Part shown: in pieces, positions 1 to 12,676 of the stretch
How the letters are laid out: the number at the start of each line of letters is the position of its first letter
How positions within the stretch are numbered: the stretch's first letter is position 1
Assembly: GCF_000143415.4 (NCBI RefSeq)
Contig: NW_003314421.1
Span: forward strand, 153,525 to 217,524
DNA from: Selaginella moellendorffii
Lineage: Eukaryota > Plantae > Lycopodiophyta
Direction of reading: 5' to 3'
DNA length: 64,000 nucleotides
Notes under the pieces: model-generated
Told to the model about the DNA's origin: nothing
The model's database searches: none
What the model saw: only the letters and a program-made list of their open reading frames with translations
Made by a program: the position numbers and the translations under genes

Positions 1-589
1 AAGCGGGGGGGGGGACATTGGGTTTCTTTTAGGGGAAAAAAATGGAGGCCAACAAAAAGAGTTTTGGGCCCCAAGGGGGGGGGGGCAAGGGGCCCAGCCC
101 CAAAAGTAAAGCCTTTTTAGGAAAAGGGAGAGTTACCCCGGAAGAAAGAAACAAAAAGAGTTCTGGGGCCAGAACACCAACGGTCCCATTCAAGTTCGGG
201 AAGACCAAGGGTTTTTCAAGGGGGGAGCTCCCCCCCAGGTTTTCCCCCCCCCCCCCCCCCCCCGAGACAAACAGTTTGTGAAATAGAGCTGTATGTCAGT
301 GGCACAAACCCTCCCAAGTTCCTAGGGGAGTGGATTGACAACAGAGTCAGATATGCCCCACTGGCAATCTTGATCACGCCAGGACAAGACATAGGCCAGA
401 CCCTAGAAGAAATACTGGCCTACAACTTTAACTGGAATCCACAATGGTTCTCGATCCAAGAAGATCATTTTATGGAGCAGGCACGTTCAGGTTCTGAGGA
501 ATGGTGAGAATCCCATTTGCATGGCCACTCCGTCCAATGGCACCATATCATTAGGTGGAGAGACAGTGTCTTAGCAGCGCCTAAGGATT

Positions 590-3500
590 CTACAATGGTT
601 AACATCAATGTGAGAACGTGGAACATGAGGGGTCTAAGAAGGAGAGATCATCAGCAAATAATAAGAGAACGAAATTTAGACAATACCATAGACAAGTAGA
701 AAGAGTGACTCAATGTTTTGACTTCTTGTGTGTGCAAGAGCATAGAATCTCAAGTGTGGACCTGGTTTATAAGTTGACCAAGGGAAAATATTTCTGGAAT
801 CCAGCAGTTTCACGAAGTGGTAGTAGTAAAAGGTTCATAGGAATCCCTAGTTGAAGATCATGCAATACTGGTACCGAGTAGAGTGTTTAAGATCGGGGAT
901 ATGTTAGTGGGGCTCCTGAATGTGTATGCGCCACCAGGGAGCTCTTCCGAAAGGGCAGACTTTTGGAATGAGTTAGTATGCCGACTACCTGCACAACCTT
1001 TGACATGGATGGTCATTGGAGATTTCAACTTTATGGAAGAAGAGCTAGACAAAGAAGGGGGAGAAATGAGAGAAAAGAGAAGAGCAATGTGGGCATAATT
1101 AGTGCTTGCGCTGGGGCTTGAAGATACATACAACATCCCTAGTTTTGTGCAACACCGGCCAAGGTACATATGGCAAGGACACCAGCAACAGGGAATCCAA
1201 CGAAGACTGGATTGGTTTTATGCCTGAGCTATATCAGAATAGTGGAAAATTGGACATAGCCACAGGATATAGAGATTTCTTAGACTACAACTCTGTATCA
1301 TTGACTCTGCCCATCTTAAAAAGGTGGGGAACAAAGAGGCTGCTGCCAATATCAAGAAAAAACTTAGAGGACAGGGATCTCAATGGACACATAAAAGAGA
1401 AGTGGAATCAGCAAGGGGAAGGGGATTTGCACCAGTTCATGATAAAGATAGCCAATGAGATACCAAAAAAAACATAGAGCAAGTGAAGAAAACTCTTCCA
1501 CAAAGTGGAAGCAATAAGAAGGAATATCGAAGCTATCAAGAGACTGATCAAGCTTAGCTTGCTAGATGCAACATTGAGAACTCAGTTAGCAAAGACAAAA
1601 GATCAACTTTTCACCCTAGAAGCAGAAAAGATGGAGGCATTCATAAGGCTGGGGCACCTCAAATGGATGAGCACGGGACAGTGGCCTCCAGGAGAAATCA
1701 ATGGAATAATTGTGCTCATCCCAAAAACAGGGGGAGATGCATCTCTGATCAAGAATTAGAGACTGATCTTGATGCTGAACATGCTTTACAAGATCGTAGC
1801 TAAGGCTTTAGCCAAGAGATTGCAACTGATACTGCCAGAAACGATACATGACACACAGAATGGATTTGTGGAAGGAAGACAGTTGGTAGACAATATATTG
1901 ATAGTGCTACTCACACAAGAACAAGTAAAGGACCAAGGACTAAAGATGGCAATAATACTTTTGGATTATAAGAAAGCCTATGATAGAGTGGATTGGGAAT
2001 TCCTGCAAACTATGATGAGGAGAATTGGCATTCTAGACAAGTTCATAAGATGGACAGCCACCTTATATCAAGGCGCATCAAGCAAAGTTACAATAAATGG
2101 GATAGTGGGGAACATGATCAAGTTAAAACGGTCAGTAAGACAAGGGTGTCCTCTAGCCTCTTTTTTGTTCTTTTCATGGTAGATGCACTAGCACATTATC
2201 TAGCAAGATTGGATGGGCCGGAGGGGTTGGTTTTGCCTGGGTGTAGAGACTCGCTACAAGACATGGTAGTGATAGCAGAAAAGCTGTTGAAATCTAGTGC
2301 CTTTGCTGATGATATGGGAATAATTGCATCAGGCTCCCTGGAAAACATGAGCAAAGTCAAGGAGGACTTAGACTTTTTCAACCTGGCAATGGGCTCAAAA
2401 ATAAACTGGGGAAAATTAGTGGGAATATAGTTGCCAAATTCAGACCTACCAAGCTGGGGGGAGGAGTGGGATTTTAAGTGGCTAAAACAAGGGGAAACAA
2501 CAAGATACTTAGGTTTCCAAGTGGGCCGGGACTATGACCCTCTCCCATAGAATCAAAAAGCAGTTGACAAGCTTAGAGATCAATTGAAATTCTGGGCATC
2601 ACGAAAGCTGTCCTTCTCGGCAAGATGTGTAGTGGCGAACAATATCGTGCTAGGGGCAATATAGTTTTTGGCAGCAGCATAGAATTTAGACAAGAAAATG
2701 CTAAAAGACATGAACAAGCTAATCAGGACATACATATGGAAGGGACAAGCGACAATCTCAAGAGGAGGGGCAAAGGTTGGATGGAGCTTGGTCGCAAGAG
2801 CGAAGTAGGATGGGGGGATAAACATAATTGATATAGAAGAACAATGCAAGGCTCTGCTATTCAAGATCTTTCATTGAATGAATATGCCTGAAAACCAGCC
2901 ATGGAAACTCCTACTACGTCACCAACTGCTAAAAGTCATCCTCGATAGACTAGAACACACAAGGCAGAATTGGGGAAAAGATGAAAGGTAGCTCTTCACT
3001 AATTGCATCTTAAAAATGACAAGACCAAATACATTCTCAGGGAAATTATTCAAGCTATGGAAAGAATTCAAAGGGAAGGTAGAAAAAAGAAAACTAGCAA
3101 ATAGCTATGAGTTGGATTGATAAACAAATATTCCTCAACAAACTATTCCAATGTAAGGGGAAATGCTTGGGAGAAATAAGAGACAGAGGAATAGACAAAG
3201 TATGTAGGGACCTGTACAGTGCCGGGATGAGAACATATGCAGAGGTTGACTCGATGCTGAAAGTGGGGGAAATGGAAAGAAACAGAGACATGCTAAAAGC
3301 CTTTTATGGCATGGAAATCTTGGCTCACCAGTTAAAAAAATTTGAAACAGCTTTTGAAGACGCATGAGAGTACTGCAAGCAAAGCATGGGGGAAGTCAAA
3401 GAAATGACACCAGTGTGGTGGACAGCCAATGGAAAGGTGATATATACGGCAACTCAAGATCAGACCAAGTGCGTTGTGTTCGATGTTGGGGTGGCCGGTT

Positions 3501-4405
3501 AACTGGTACCATACAAAGTACCCAAGGAAAGTATAAGACCGGACATGTCAAGAGTAGAGCCAATACGGGTAATAAGGATGGATAAGTAAACAGCATTGAT
3601 AGACCCGACAATAATGGAAGGTTTTGTAGCCAAGTTGTATTGGTTTAGGCAACAAAAATTAAGCAATTTGGTCTAGGATCCAATGGAATGAAATTGGCAG
3701 GGTAAAAAGAAGGAAGAATTCTTTGCATATGAGACAAGATTGGGATGAAGACTCATTTGGCCAAGTAGTGACTCGCTATTGGTATCAAGAATGAAATGAG
3801 CTAACATACAAGACATGATACAGCAGGTCCATAGCTTTGGGCAAATCCAAAGTAGCTTATCCATATGGTGGGAGTCTCGCCAAAACCAAGTGGGAGGCAA
3901 GGTTTGGGGACTATGTCTAGCATGTGATCACTCTGGGGGGGGCTTCAGAAATCACCTGTTTAGGGTTTAGGGTGTCCCCCACACCAAGTGCCACACTAGG
4001 GTCTGTTGACTATTGTTACTGGATTTGCATGATGGAGCGTAGAGCACACTATCTTGGTCCATATAATGAATTGTCTGGAAAGCTTCAATAAGGAAGGCTC
4101 TTGGGTATCCATGTGCATGGAGACAAGTATAGAAAAGCTTGCGAATTGCACATAAGCTCTCAGGGTTACTCTCTCAAAAGAGGTAATGCTGAAGTTCAGC
4201 ACGAATAAAAGCAATCTTTTGGTGTTGAGGATATGTTGAGTTCCATGGAAGATACTGGTATGCATTTAGTGGCTTTTGAAAGGGCATTTCTCAAAGCATG
4301 GGCCTTTGAAAAAATGGATGTAAGCTCTATTTCGTTAAAGTGGGAATTGTCATTATCCCACTTGTAAAATAAGGTTTCCAAACCTTTATATAGTATATAA
4401 ATATA
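590..4405 (+). mobile_element. Degraded L1-clade LINE ORF2 (endonuclease, RT, C-terminal region)
   Basis: EN motifs TWNMRGL, LCVQEH, NVYAP, IGDFN; RT motifs LDYKKAYDRVDW, VRQGCPLA, AFADD, YLG; many stops and frameshifts; AT-rich 3' end near 4370-4410. Confidence 0.9.
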
Positions 4406-4763
4406 ACAAAATTCAACTGCATTGAGGCACATGCCATTTTATTTTAAACAAGGAAATGTCTACTCAATCACTTCTCCTCCCCCTGCCACTGCTTCACCTC
4501 TCTCTTCTCCTTGTCATCGTCGTCCAATTTCTTTCCATCCTTTTAATATTGGCTCAGTTGCTCCGAGTCTAGGTGGAGCCCAAGTCCCCATTCAATCTTT
4601 ACTTTCCCTTTATTAATAAAACAACTTCGTAGACTTCCAATAACATGCTGTAACACTTCTAGTATAATGCAAATCCTCTCAAAGAATTGTCTTTTAATAT
4701 TAATACAATGGCATGGAACCCCATGCCATAATAAGTTACATTTTTAAATAAATACATGCCATC

Positions 4764-5626
4764 TCAGACTGTTATTTTTTGCCTCCAACGCCTATACAAT
4801 AATCTTGGAATTTCATCACTCTCCACACTATCAGGATTTAAACCCAATAGAAATGCCATCTCTTCTCTAATACATCCACGCTCACGTTCAGTGGTCGAAG
4901 AACCCATCCGGTTGAGCAGATTATGGAGATGCGGATAGTGCTTGGCTAGACAATATACATGCCATAAATGATGACTGGTGTCTGTCCGATCAAATGGCTT
5001 CTGATATACCGTTCCATCTGCCATTTGGTTGATTTCTGCAGCCACCTCCTGGACTGGCCGGTTCTCTATCACCATCGCTTCAAGCCGTTTTGCAAGGTCC
5101 CCCAGAACATACGGTTTCTTCTCCCTAGTTTCCATACTGCAAGAGATGGGGTGCACTGCATATGTGTGCGTGTTCACTGCAATTTTAATCGGCGAGTCAT
5201 CGATGATGAGGATTTCACTTGACCTAGCAGTCCGGTTCATCACTACAGCCTCTGGCTTGACGAAGATGGGCTTGCTACCCCTCACATGGACCATAGTCAA
5301 GCAATCCTCCTGCGTTAGGAGAAAGTCAAATGGTAATATTACTCGCGTCTGATCGTGCATCATCTGTAGCAACGTTAATGCATTGTGGCGCATCATGGAT
5401 GTCCAAACTCCCAATTGCAAATTGAACCCGGCCCTCTGTTTTAAGTGTCGCATGGTCATTATTAGATCCCGCAGTTTCTCCCGTGTGATTAATGTGAATC
5501 TGTCTCTTTTGACCAACTTGCGACCGCAGGCTTTGGAGGGTGCAGTGACATTCGAGGACGAGCCACGCTCATGGGAGAAAAGGACACCGTTCAGATCAAA
5601 AACGATACAGTACTTTCGCCGTGACT
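4764..5626 (-). other. FCP1-homology (NIF/HAD) phosphatase domain exon
   Basis: CIVFDLNGVL (motif I variant), VWTSM (II), FVK (III), LIIDDSPIK (IV). Confidence 0.85.
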
Positions 5627-8600
5627 CTGAAATGAAATGCGTCAGCATAAAAAATGGTATAAGTCAATTTTACCATCTACAATATTAGCGAATGGTGCTC
5701 CCGATGGTTGTTCAGAGGGTTTTGGTCGAGGAAACGTGAAGGGCGGAAATACTCTCCTCTGCAATGTGGGGTCAATCGCATCCGATGGCGTGTGGGCACA
5801 TGCCATTTCAGCTGTAGACTCTGGTACAACTGGCTCAACAGTGGCATGGGGTGGTTCCGATGGCGTGTGATCACACGCCATTTCAGCTGGTGCCTCCGTT
5901 GGCAAAGTGGACATGACCGAACAGGCAGCAGGGGCAGTGTAGGGTGGTTCCAACGGCGCGTAGTCAGACGATTGGGCACACGTTGAGTCCGTTGGAAATG
6001 AGGATACGACCGGCTCGGCGGCTGGGGCGGCCTCATGCGGGTCCAATGGCGCCTGGTCACCGTCAGTTGGATACGTGGACAAGATTGACTCAGTGGTATG
6101 GGCAGCATCAAGTGGAGCGTGGTCAGCTTGCTTGGTGTTGATATGGATAGTAGCCTCCACCAGCTCTGATGACTCTTGCAGGCAAGTAGAGTCCACTGGC
6201 GGATCCATATGCATGTCCAAATATCTCCCTTCGATTGAGATGGTATCCTCCCTACTGGCTACTAAAAACAAACTCATTAGCACATTGAATCGACTATACT
6301 GTACTTACCATCAAGTGCTATTTGGCGCACTGCTGATTCTGAAGGATTGGACATACGTTTCGACCCTTGCTTGGCACTATCCTTCCTCGACACTAAAGGC
6401 TAGAGTTTGTATCTTAATTCAACTGAATAATCTCTACTTACCATTTCTTCTGCGACCTACATGGACAATGTTAGAAATGGTAAAAGGTTAGGAATGGATG
6501 TACTATTATTTACCTGATGGTTTGTCTTGTATGACCTTCCTCCGCTGCTCTTTGGCCACCTCAGGCTGGCCATCGTCGTCATCATCGTCATCGTCGTTAT
6601 TGTGATCGTCACCATTGTGAGGACCATCCAAGTCCTCTTCGTCCTCCTCTTCTTCGTCCTCCTCTTCTTCGTCCTCCTCTTCTTTGTCCTCCTCTTCATC
6701 CTTCTGCTCTTCCTGCTCATTATCTTTCTCTGGCTCCTCATCCCCCTCCTGCATTTCTTCCATAGGCTGCTCAGGCTGGATGGCTTGTTTTTCCAGGACC
6801 ATCTTGGGAAAATCATCTGGCCGAGTCTCCATCTCAAAATACAAGACATCCATAGCCTGTTTTAGTGCTTGACCTAGGACCGTATCCTCACCCGACTGTC
6901 TTAACATGGTTTCTGCACATTCTTGCACCCTTTGAAGACGACGAGATGAGAAAAACGTGGCCCTGACTTGAAAAGCATCCCTCATCCATTGTACCTCTCC
7001 ATTGAGATTGGGGAAGGGGAGTCCGCCATAGGAATCTGAGTCAGAAGGTGGTGACTGGCTCCTTTCACTCAGCCCTTGATCTGCAATGAATGGCATGAGC
7101 ACATACGCCATAACCGCGAGGCATTACCTATCATCTTTTCGTTGCCCTTCTTCCTTTTCGAATCAAACGCCTCTGATCCCGACGACTGTCCAACGTGCTT
7201 TCGCTTTTTATGACCACTGTCAGTTTGAGCTTGGCTGGTGCTTGCCTGTTTTGCCTTTGAAGAAGTGTCTCCTGCAAGGAATGGCATGAGACCACACGCC
7301 ATTGCAAATATAATTTGTACCTCCTTTTTTCCTATTGCTTGTCTGTTTGTCCTTCTTCGACGCGCCACCAGTGCGCTTTTCAGTCCTCGTGTCTGAATAT
7401 TCACAACGATCTATAATCAAAATGGCGTGAGGCCTCACGTGACCTTACCTTGTGCAGGTTGTGAGCTCGGCCTAACATCAGTAGCTGTTAACGCCGTTTC
7501 AGCATCTGGGGGTGGCCACGCTCCTGCATACAGAGCTTGTGAGATAACATTTAAACTTAAAGTGCGTACTCACCAGGTTCGTAGAGAAGATACTGTTTTT
7601 CTTTGGCAACTGTAATTATATGCTCCATTGAAGTCACCTCTTCAATGGAGTTTGTCACCGCAACACACGGGACACCCTTGAGTAGTGCGGCTCGAAAGAA
7701 TAGTCCGCCGCAGTTGTACTCGACAACGCATTTGCCCTTGGAGTCACCCGCTATTGCGTTGAAGACCCAGCTGAGCATTTCCCATGCTGCACCTGGAGCT
7801 TTCTTTGGATTCAAAAGCTCCATAGCCGTCTTCAGTTCCTCAGGCACGGGTAAATTGACCTCCCTCAGATCAATTCGATTGGCCTTGTCGAACGAAGCTG
7901 GGAAGTCACTCCAGTCCCACTCTGCTGCAGGACCAATAACAAGGGCGAGTGTGAAGATGCGGACATTCGTCGGTATCTTCTTCTTAGCCATTATACCATG
8001 GATCTCCTGCATCTCCTTGCCTTTCAACCGAGCCTTCACCTCGTTCAAGGCCTTCCAGAACTTGTGATAGGATTCGGAGTCGTAGATCATATAGTGGACT
8101 GAAGATTCCACCTCCGCAAGTCCCACCATTAAGTCAATGATGGAGCTGACTTCGTCTACATGAGTGATCTCCTCGTTTGTGAAGTCCATCACACAAAAGA
8201 TGTTCTTGACCTGCTCATCTCCGCGGGAAACGATGCTCCTCCACCTTTGATCCTCATCCGAATTCACGTATACCCGGTAAGGTTCTTGATAGGCCTCTGC
8301 TGCGGGGTCGAGCTGTTTCTGAAGCCGGCGGTCGACATCCCTCTTAATGAAATTTGGATACTGATCCAACTTCTCAGCTTTACTTTTCGTGGCATCCCGC
8401 AGCAGATCGATGAACTTGGGGGCCCCCTTCACGTAGTCGTCGATGTCTTCATTTGACAAGTCCAGCTCTTCACCACGTAGAAGAGCATTAGCCACTGTCA
8501 GAAGGTCGTCGTCGTCTAGAGACCGCGAGAAACGCAAGGCGTTGAGCTTCAAATCATTGGGCTTCCGGCCGTCCTCCACACCCATTGAGTTTAGCAACTC

Positions 8601-10201
8601 CCCGTCATGGTACTTCCTCAGCACATCTACCCATTTGTCAAAAACAACTTTTGTCGCGAGTAGAATGTTATGGATGCTGAGTGTGTCATTGACCCCCAGT
8701 GTTTTCGAGAGAAGACTCGAGAATTCCTGCAATGGAAATGGCGTGAGGCCACATGCTATGCCACATGCAACGAGGCTTACCTGCCAGGCGCTAGTTGCTA
8801 GTGCATGTCCTTGTCCTGGTTTTTGTGGCTTCTTCAGTTAAACCCAGAGCTTCCGTGTTCGTGCCAATGTCTCGTGCAGACCCGATTTGTAGCACGTTTC
8901 TTGCTTGACATTCTGCGCGTGGGAGATGTATATGATAGATCGGAGGGGCGAGTTGCCTTTTATCAGGCGGACAACTCTTGTCTTGAAGACTTTCTTCACC
9001 TCCTCGCCCACCATAATATCCACAACTATCTCTTGCATCGCCAAGCTAGAATGCTGCCCGGAGACGGCATAGAACCGGATGTTCTGATCGTCCAACACCT
9101 TCCTATTGATCAAGTCTAGAAACCTCGTCTCGCCCTTCATTGTTCGGTAGTAGGGGATCACGTCTGCGATGTCGGGTGTTACTGGACTTGCCAGCATCTT
9201 CTGCTTCAGTTTCTCCACCCACTCATCAGATACTAGCCTGTGGTTGTATTTGCTTTGGATCTCGATACGGCTCACGTCGATTGTATATACTTTGTTGGAA
9301 TAGTAACAAGTACTATTATCTGCGACGATTTTTGCTGCCTCTTCTTGCTCTTTCTGCTCTTTGCGGCTCTTCTTTTTGGTGGGTGTAGTGTTCGAACCCG
9401 AGGCAATGGCATCACCGAGTAGCTTCTTTTTTGGAGCAGCAGAGTCGGACGTCGGCTTGAGCTTGACCACCCTTTTCTGCTTCGGGGTAGTTTCCAGATC
9501 GACCCCCTTCCCCTTCGCTTCGCAAACTGGAGGCACTCTCAACGGCTCAATGTTGGAATATAGTTTTTGAACATCGCCGTAGGTGAGGTCCGTGGATTCC
9601 ATGTGATCTTCATAGACCCGCAGCGTCTTTGAAATTGTGGGCCTCCTGGACAACCTCTCCCTAGCTCCCTCTAGGAATTCCTGATAGCCGCTGCCCCCCT
9701 CCGGGAAGCCGCTAGGATGTGCAAGGTGGATCTTGAAGGCGGACGCTGTCTCTACCACAAGTGCCAGTCCATATTCTTGCATGGAACTGCATGGAGTGTC
9801 TGTCACTTGGATGAGGATCCCCATGCATTCTTTTCTCCCACCATCTGTGTTGTACAGCATCAGATCCTCGCCTTCCATCCCGAAAGTCCAACTGGTGAGC
9901 TCCTCCCCCTTCTCTGCATCCACATTGACAGTGGCTGGAAGAAGAACGCAATTCCTCGCCTGTTCAGAAATGCACAACAATTAGAGCTGACAGATGAAAA
10001 GCTAGCAGCTGGAAATAACGTGAGGCCACACGCCATTCACCACTGCATCAGATGTCTTGAGGCTGCATCCTAAGATGGCGTGATGCTACACGCCATCTGT
10101 AACCGGACTGCACTCGAGAGCCCAATCGGTGCATGCCAATGTTGCTACTGAATGGCATGTGGCCTCATGCCATTTTCTACTTGGCCTAAAAGACTTACCA
10201 T
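4764..10201 (-). CDS. Multi-exon ~1,580-codon gene: ParB-like domain, degenerate N6/N4-MTase-like fold, basic/acidic low-complexity linker, Pro-rich repeats, C-terminal FCP1/NIF HAD phosphatase; one in-frame TAA at 8838-8840
   Basis: Manually spliced exons (minus): ATG 10201-10199 (tentative), 9959-8781, 8726-7574, 7523-7449, 7392-7321, 7271-7128, 7080-6514, 6456-6442, 6392-6309, 6261-5674, 5626-4764. All junctions are GT-AG and phase-compatible; internal introns 47-57 nt. Motifs FYAVSGQHS (ParB-like), VVEYNCGG..RAALLKG (MTase motif-I-like), VFDLNGVL/WTS/FVK/IIDDS (HAD). Confidence 0.75.
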
Positions 10202-10404
10202 TTGAAGCCGAATGGAGGCCGTGACAATCGAGGCCGGACTCGCTGGCGAATGTGCACTGTGTGTGCAGCGGATCGTAGCAGCAAGGCTACTCTGCCACTT
10301 ACAGTTGGAGAGTGGCGCTGAAATCTCCCGGGACGCCAAGTGGGCTGCGTGTGGGTGGCGGAGTGGGCGGCGGAGTTGGCGGCGAAGTTACAAACTGGGT
10401 GTGT

Positions 10405-10635
10405 CTTGAAGTGGACGCCGATGCACACGAGCGCGATGCGAGCGCGAGTGTGATGCAAGCGCGAGTGGACGCCGATGCACACGAGAAACCTGTAGAGAAG
10501 GCGCGAATGTGAGCGTGATCGCGAGTGGGAGCGCGATGCGAGCGCGAGTGTGATGCGAGCGCGGGCGCGAGTGTAGCGCGAGTGTGCGAGCGCGAGTACG
10601 AAGCAAAATGCAAAATCTAACCTCACACGCGCGAA
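10405..10635. repeat. CpG-rich short tandem repeats upstream of the minus-strand gene
   Basis: Iterated GCGAGCGCGAGTGTGAT units and two copies of GTGGACGCCGATGCACACGAG. Confidence 0.7.
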
Positions 10636-10942
10636 ATGTCACAACGGTTGGTAATCCCGCCACGTCATCATTCCTCGGACTTGGGCGCCACCATTAATTT
10701 CTGGATTTCCGCGCGCATGCAAGCACGCAAAATCCAAAAGAAATCCGCAACGTCATCATTCCTCGGACTGCATGCACGCGAAATCCAAAAGAAAGATCAT
10801 GATTGGGATATCATTTAATACCCTCGCTATATTTATACCATGCATGATTGGATATTCCAAAGCATCTTGTATTTCCAAAAATGGCAGATGTTCAGCTAAA
10901 TAAAGAAATTCTATCTGTTTCTATTTTTCTCTCAAATCAATA

Positions 10943-12300
10943 TTATAGCGTGTGGGCTCATGCAATTTTGAACCAAAGAAACCCAAAAAACGTTGGACCC
11001 AAAATAATTTGAAAAAACCCAAAAAACCCTTAATATTTTAAACCCAAAAATCCAGGCGTCCTGTGGCGTTATTCCTTGAATGGCGTGTGGGCGCATGCCA
11101 TTTTCAGGGCCAAATACTGAATGGAGAAAAATTCCCTTTCAGTGCAAATGCTGCAAGAGGCAGATGCCGAGCACAAAGGACTATAACTACCTCACATGAC
11201 ACAGATAAACTTTTCTCTATTTGGCAAAGATAAACTTTATAGCGTGTGGGCTCATGCAATTTTGAACCCAAAAAATGCACCAAAAAATTCTCGGCGTCAT
11301 CTGGCGTTATCTCTTGAATGGCGTGGGGCCGCATGCCATTTTCAGGGGCACATAGGAGTATATTCCTAGAATATTCTGACACGCGCGAGATTTTTTTGAG
11401 TTTTCTGGAGATCCAACCGTTAGATCGCAACTATATTTTACAGAATGGTATACAATGTCTTTCTTGATGACTCTGCAAAGAAGCATCTCGATCGGACACC
11501 ACATGAGACCACACGAGCCTTACAATGTTTCAGGGGCATTTGCCATAGATCCGACTGTTATTTTTCTCCAAGATTTTACAGTTTGGTGTGCATTGACCTT
11601 TCCATCGACACTGCAAAGGGACATCACAATCAGATGCGGGATCACAAGAAACTAACTTCACTAACTCTGGTTTCACCAAGATCTACGTAAGGAGTTATGA
11701 AATGAAAGGACCCTCTCTATTAAAATGTGTTTATAGTCCTAGGGGCATTGTGACATATCAAAGGATTTTGCATCAAGTTCTGTATTTGCATGTTTATCAA
11801 GCTACTGAATTGCTAAACCCTAAACCCTAAACATGTGGCAAATGCTGCGTGAAGAAAGATGCCCTTTCTGGGCAAATGCTGTAAGAGGCAGATGCCGAGC
11901 AGATGTATCTCAGGCTAGCGAAGGGGACAAACGAAAGCTAGCTATAAACATGACGGGATGCAAATAGATTACTAGGCTGGTCCTACGAAAATCAAAAACC
12001 ATAATTGAAAACATTGAAAATGCAAAAAGAAAGGTTTATAATATTTTTGAATTTTAAGCAACCAAAGGAATGTAAGTAGGGCATGTGTTTGTAAGTTTAA
12101 AAATGCCTCAACCACTTAAATTCCCAAGTAAATAAAGCTGTTTCTATTTTTGGTACAGGTAAACTTTATAGCGTGTGGGCTCATGCAATTTTGAACCCAA
12201 AAATGCACCAAAAAATGCTCGACTAGCATTATTCTTTGAATGGCGTGTGGCCTTATGTCGAGCATTATTCTTTGAATGGCGTGTGGCCTTATATTGCCAT
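10943..12300 (+). repeat. Three imperfect direct repeats (~10943, ~11237, ~12166), each carrying palindrome pairs
   Basis: TATAGCGTGTGGGCTCATGCAATTTTGAACC...TTGAATGGCGTG occurs three times. Confidence 0.85.
11813..11831 (+). repeat. Short interstitial plant telomeric repeat (CCCTAAA)n
   Basis: ctaaaccctaaaccctaaa. Confidence 0.7.
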
Positions 12301-12553
12301 AAATGGACGTACACACACAGCATAATTATTCCTTTACACGGCGAATAATCTTGGCGCGGATCGCTGACATGGCATGGCAAAGTTCGAATCACTGACATGG
12401 CACAGCTGGATCGAGGCAAGGACATGATGTGACAAAGTTCAACCTCCGACAGCAAAGTCTAGAAGCTACTCAATTTGAAATTTGTCAGAGGAATCATAAG
12501 ATCTGGTTTGTCAGAGGATTTGATGTGACGTTCAAATTATCCGCGGCTGGGAA

Positions 12554-12653
12554 NNNNNNNNNNNNNNNNNNNNNNNNNNNNNNNNNNNNNNNNNNNNNNN
12601 NNNNNNNNNNNNNNNNNNNNNNNNNNNNNNNNNNNNNNNNNNNNNNNNNNNNN
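12554..12653. other. Assembly gap (100 N)
   Basis: Run of N. Confidence 1.
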
Positions 12654-12676
12654 AGAGAGTTGCAAAAGGGACCCTT

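Noticed and set aside
1-285. 79-aa Gly/Pro/Lys-rich ORF
   Set aside because: Long homopolymer runs suggest low-quality sequence at the LINE 5' side; no recognisable motif
3959-3972. TTTAGGG x2 in the LINE 3' region
   Set aside because: Only two units; could be chance
7603-8841. Plus-strand ORFs opposite the accessory gene
   Set aside because: Antisense shadows of the real minus-strand exons
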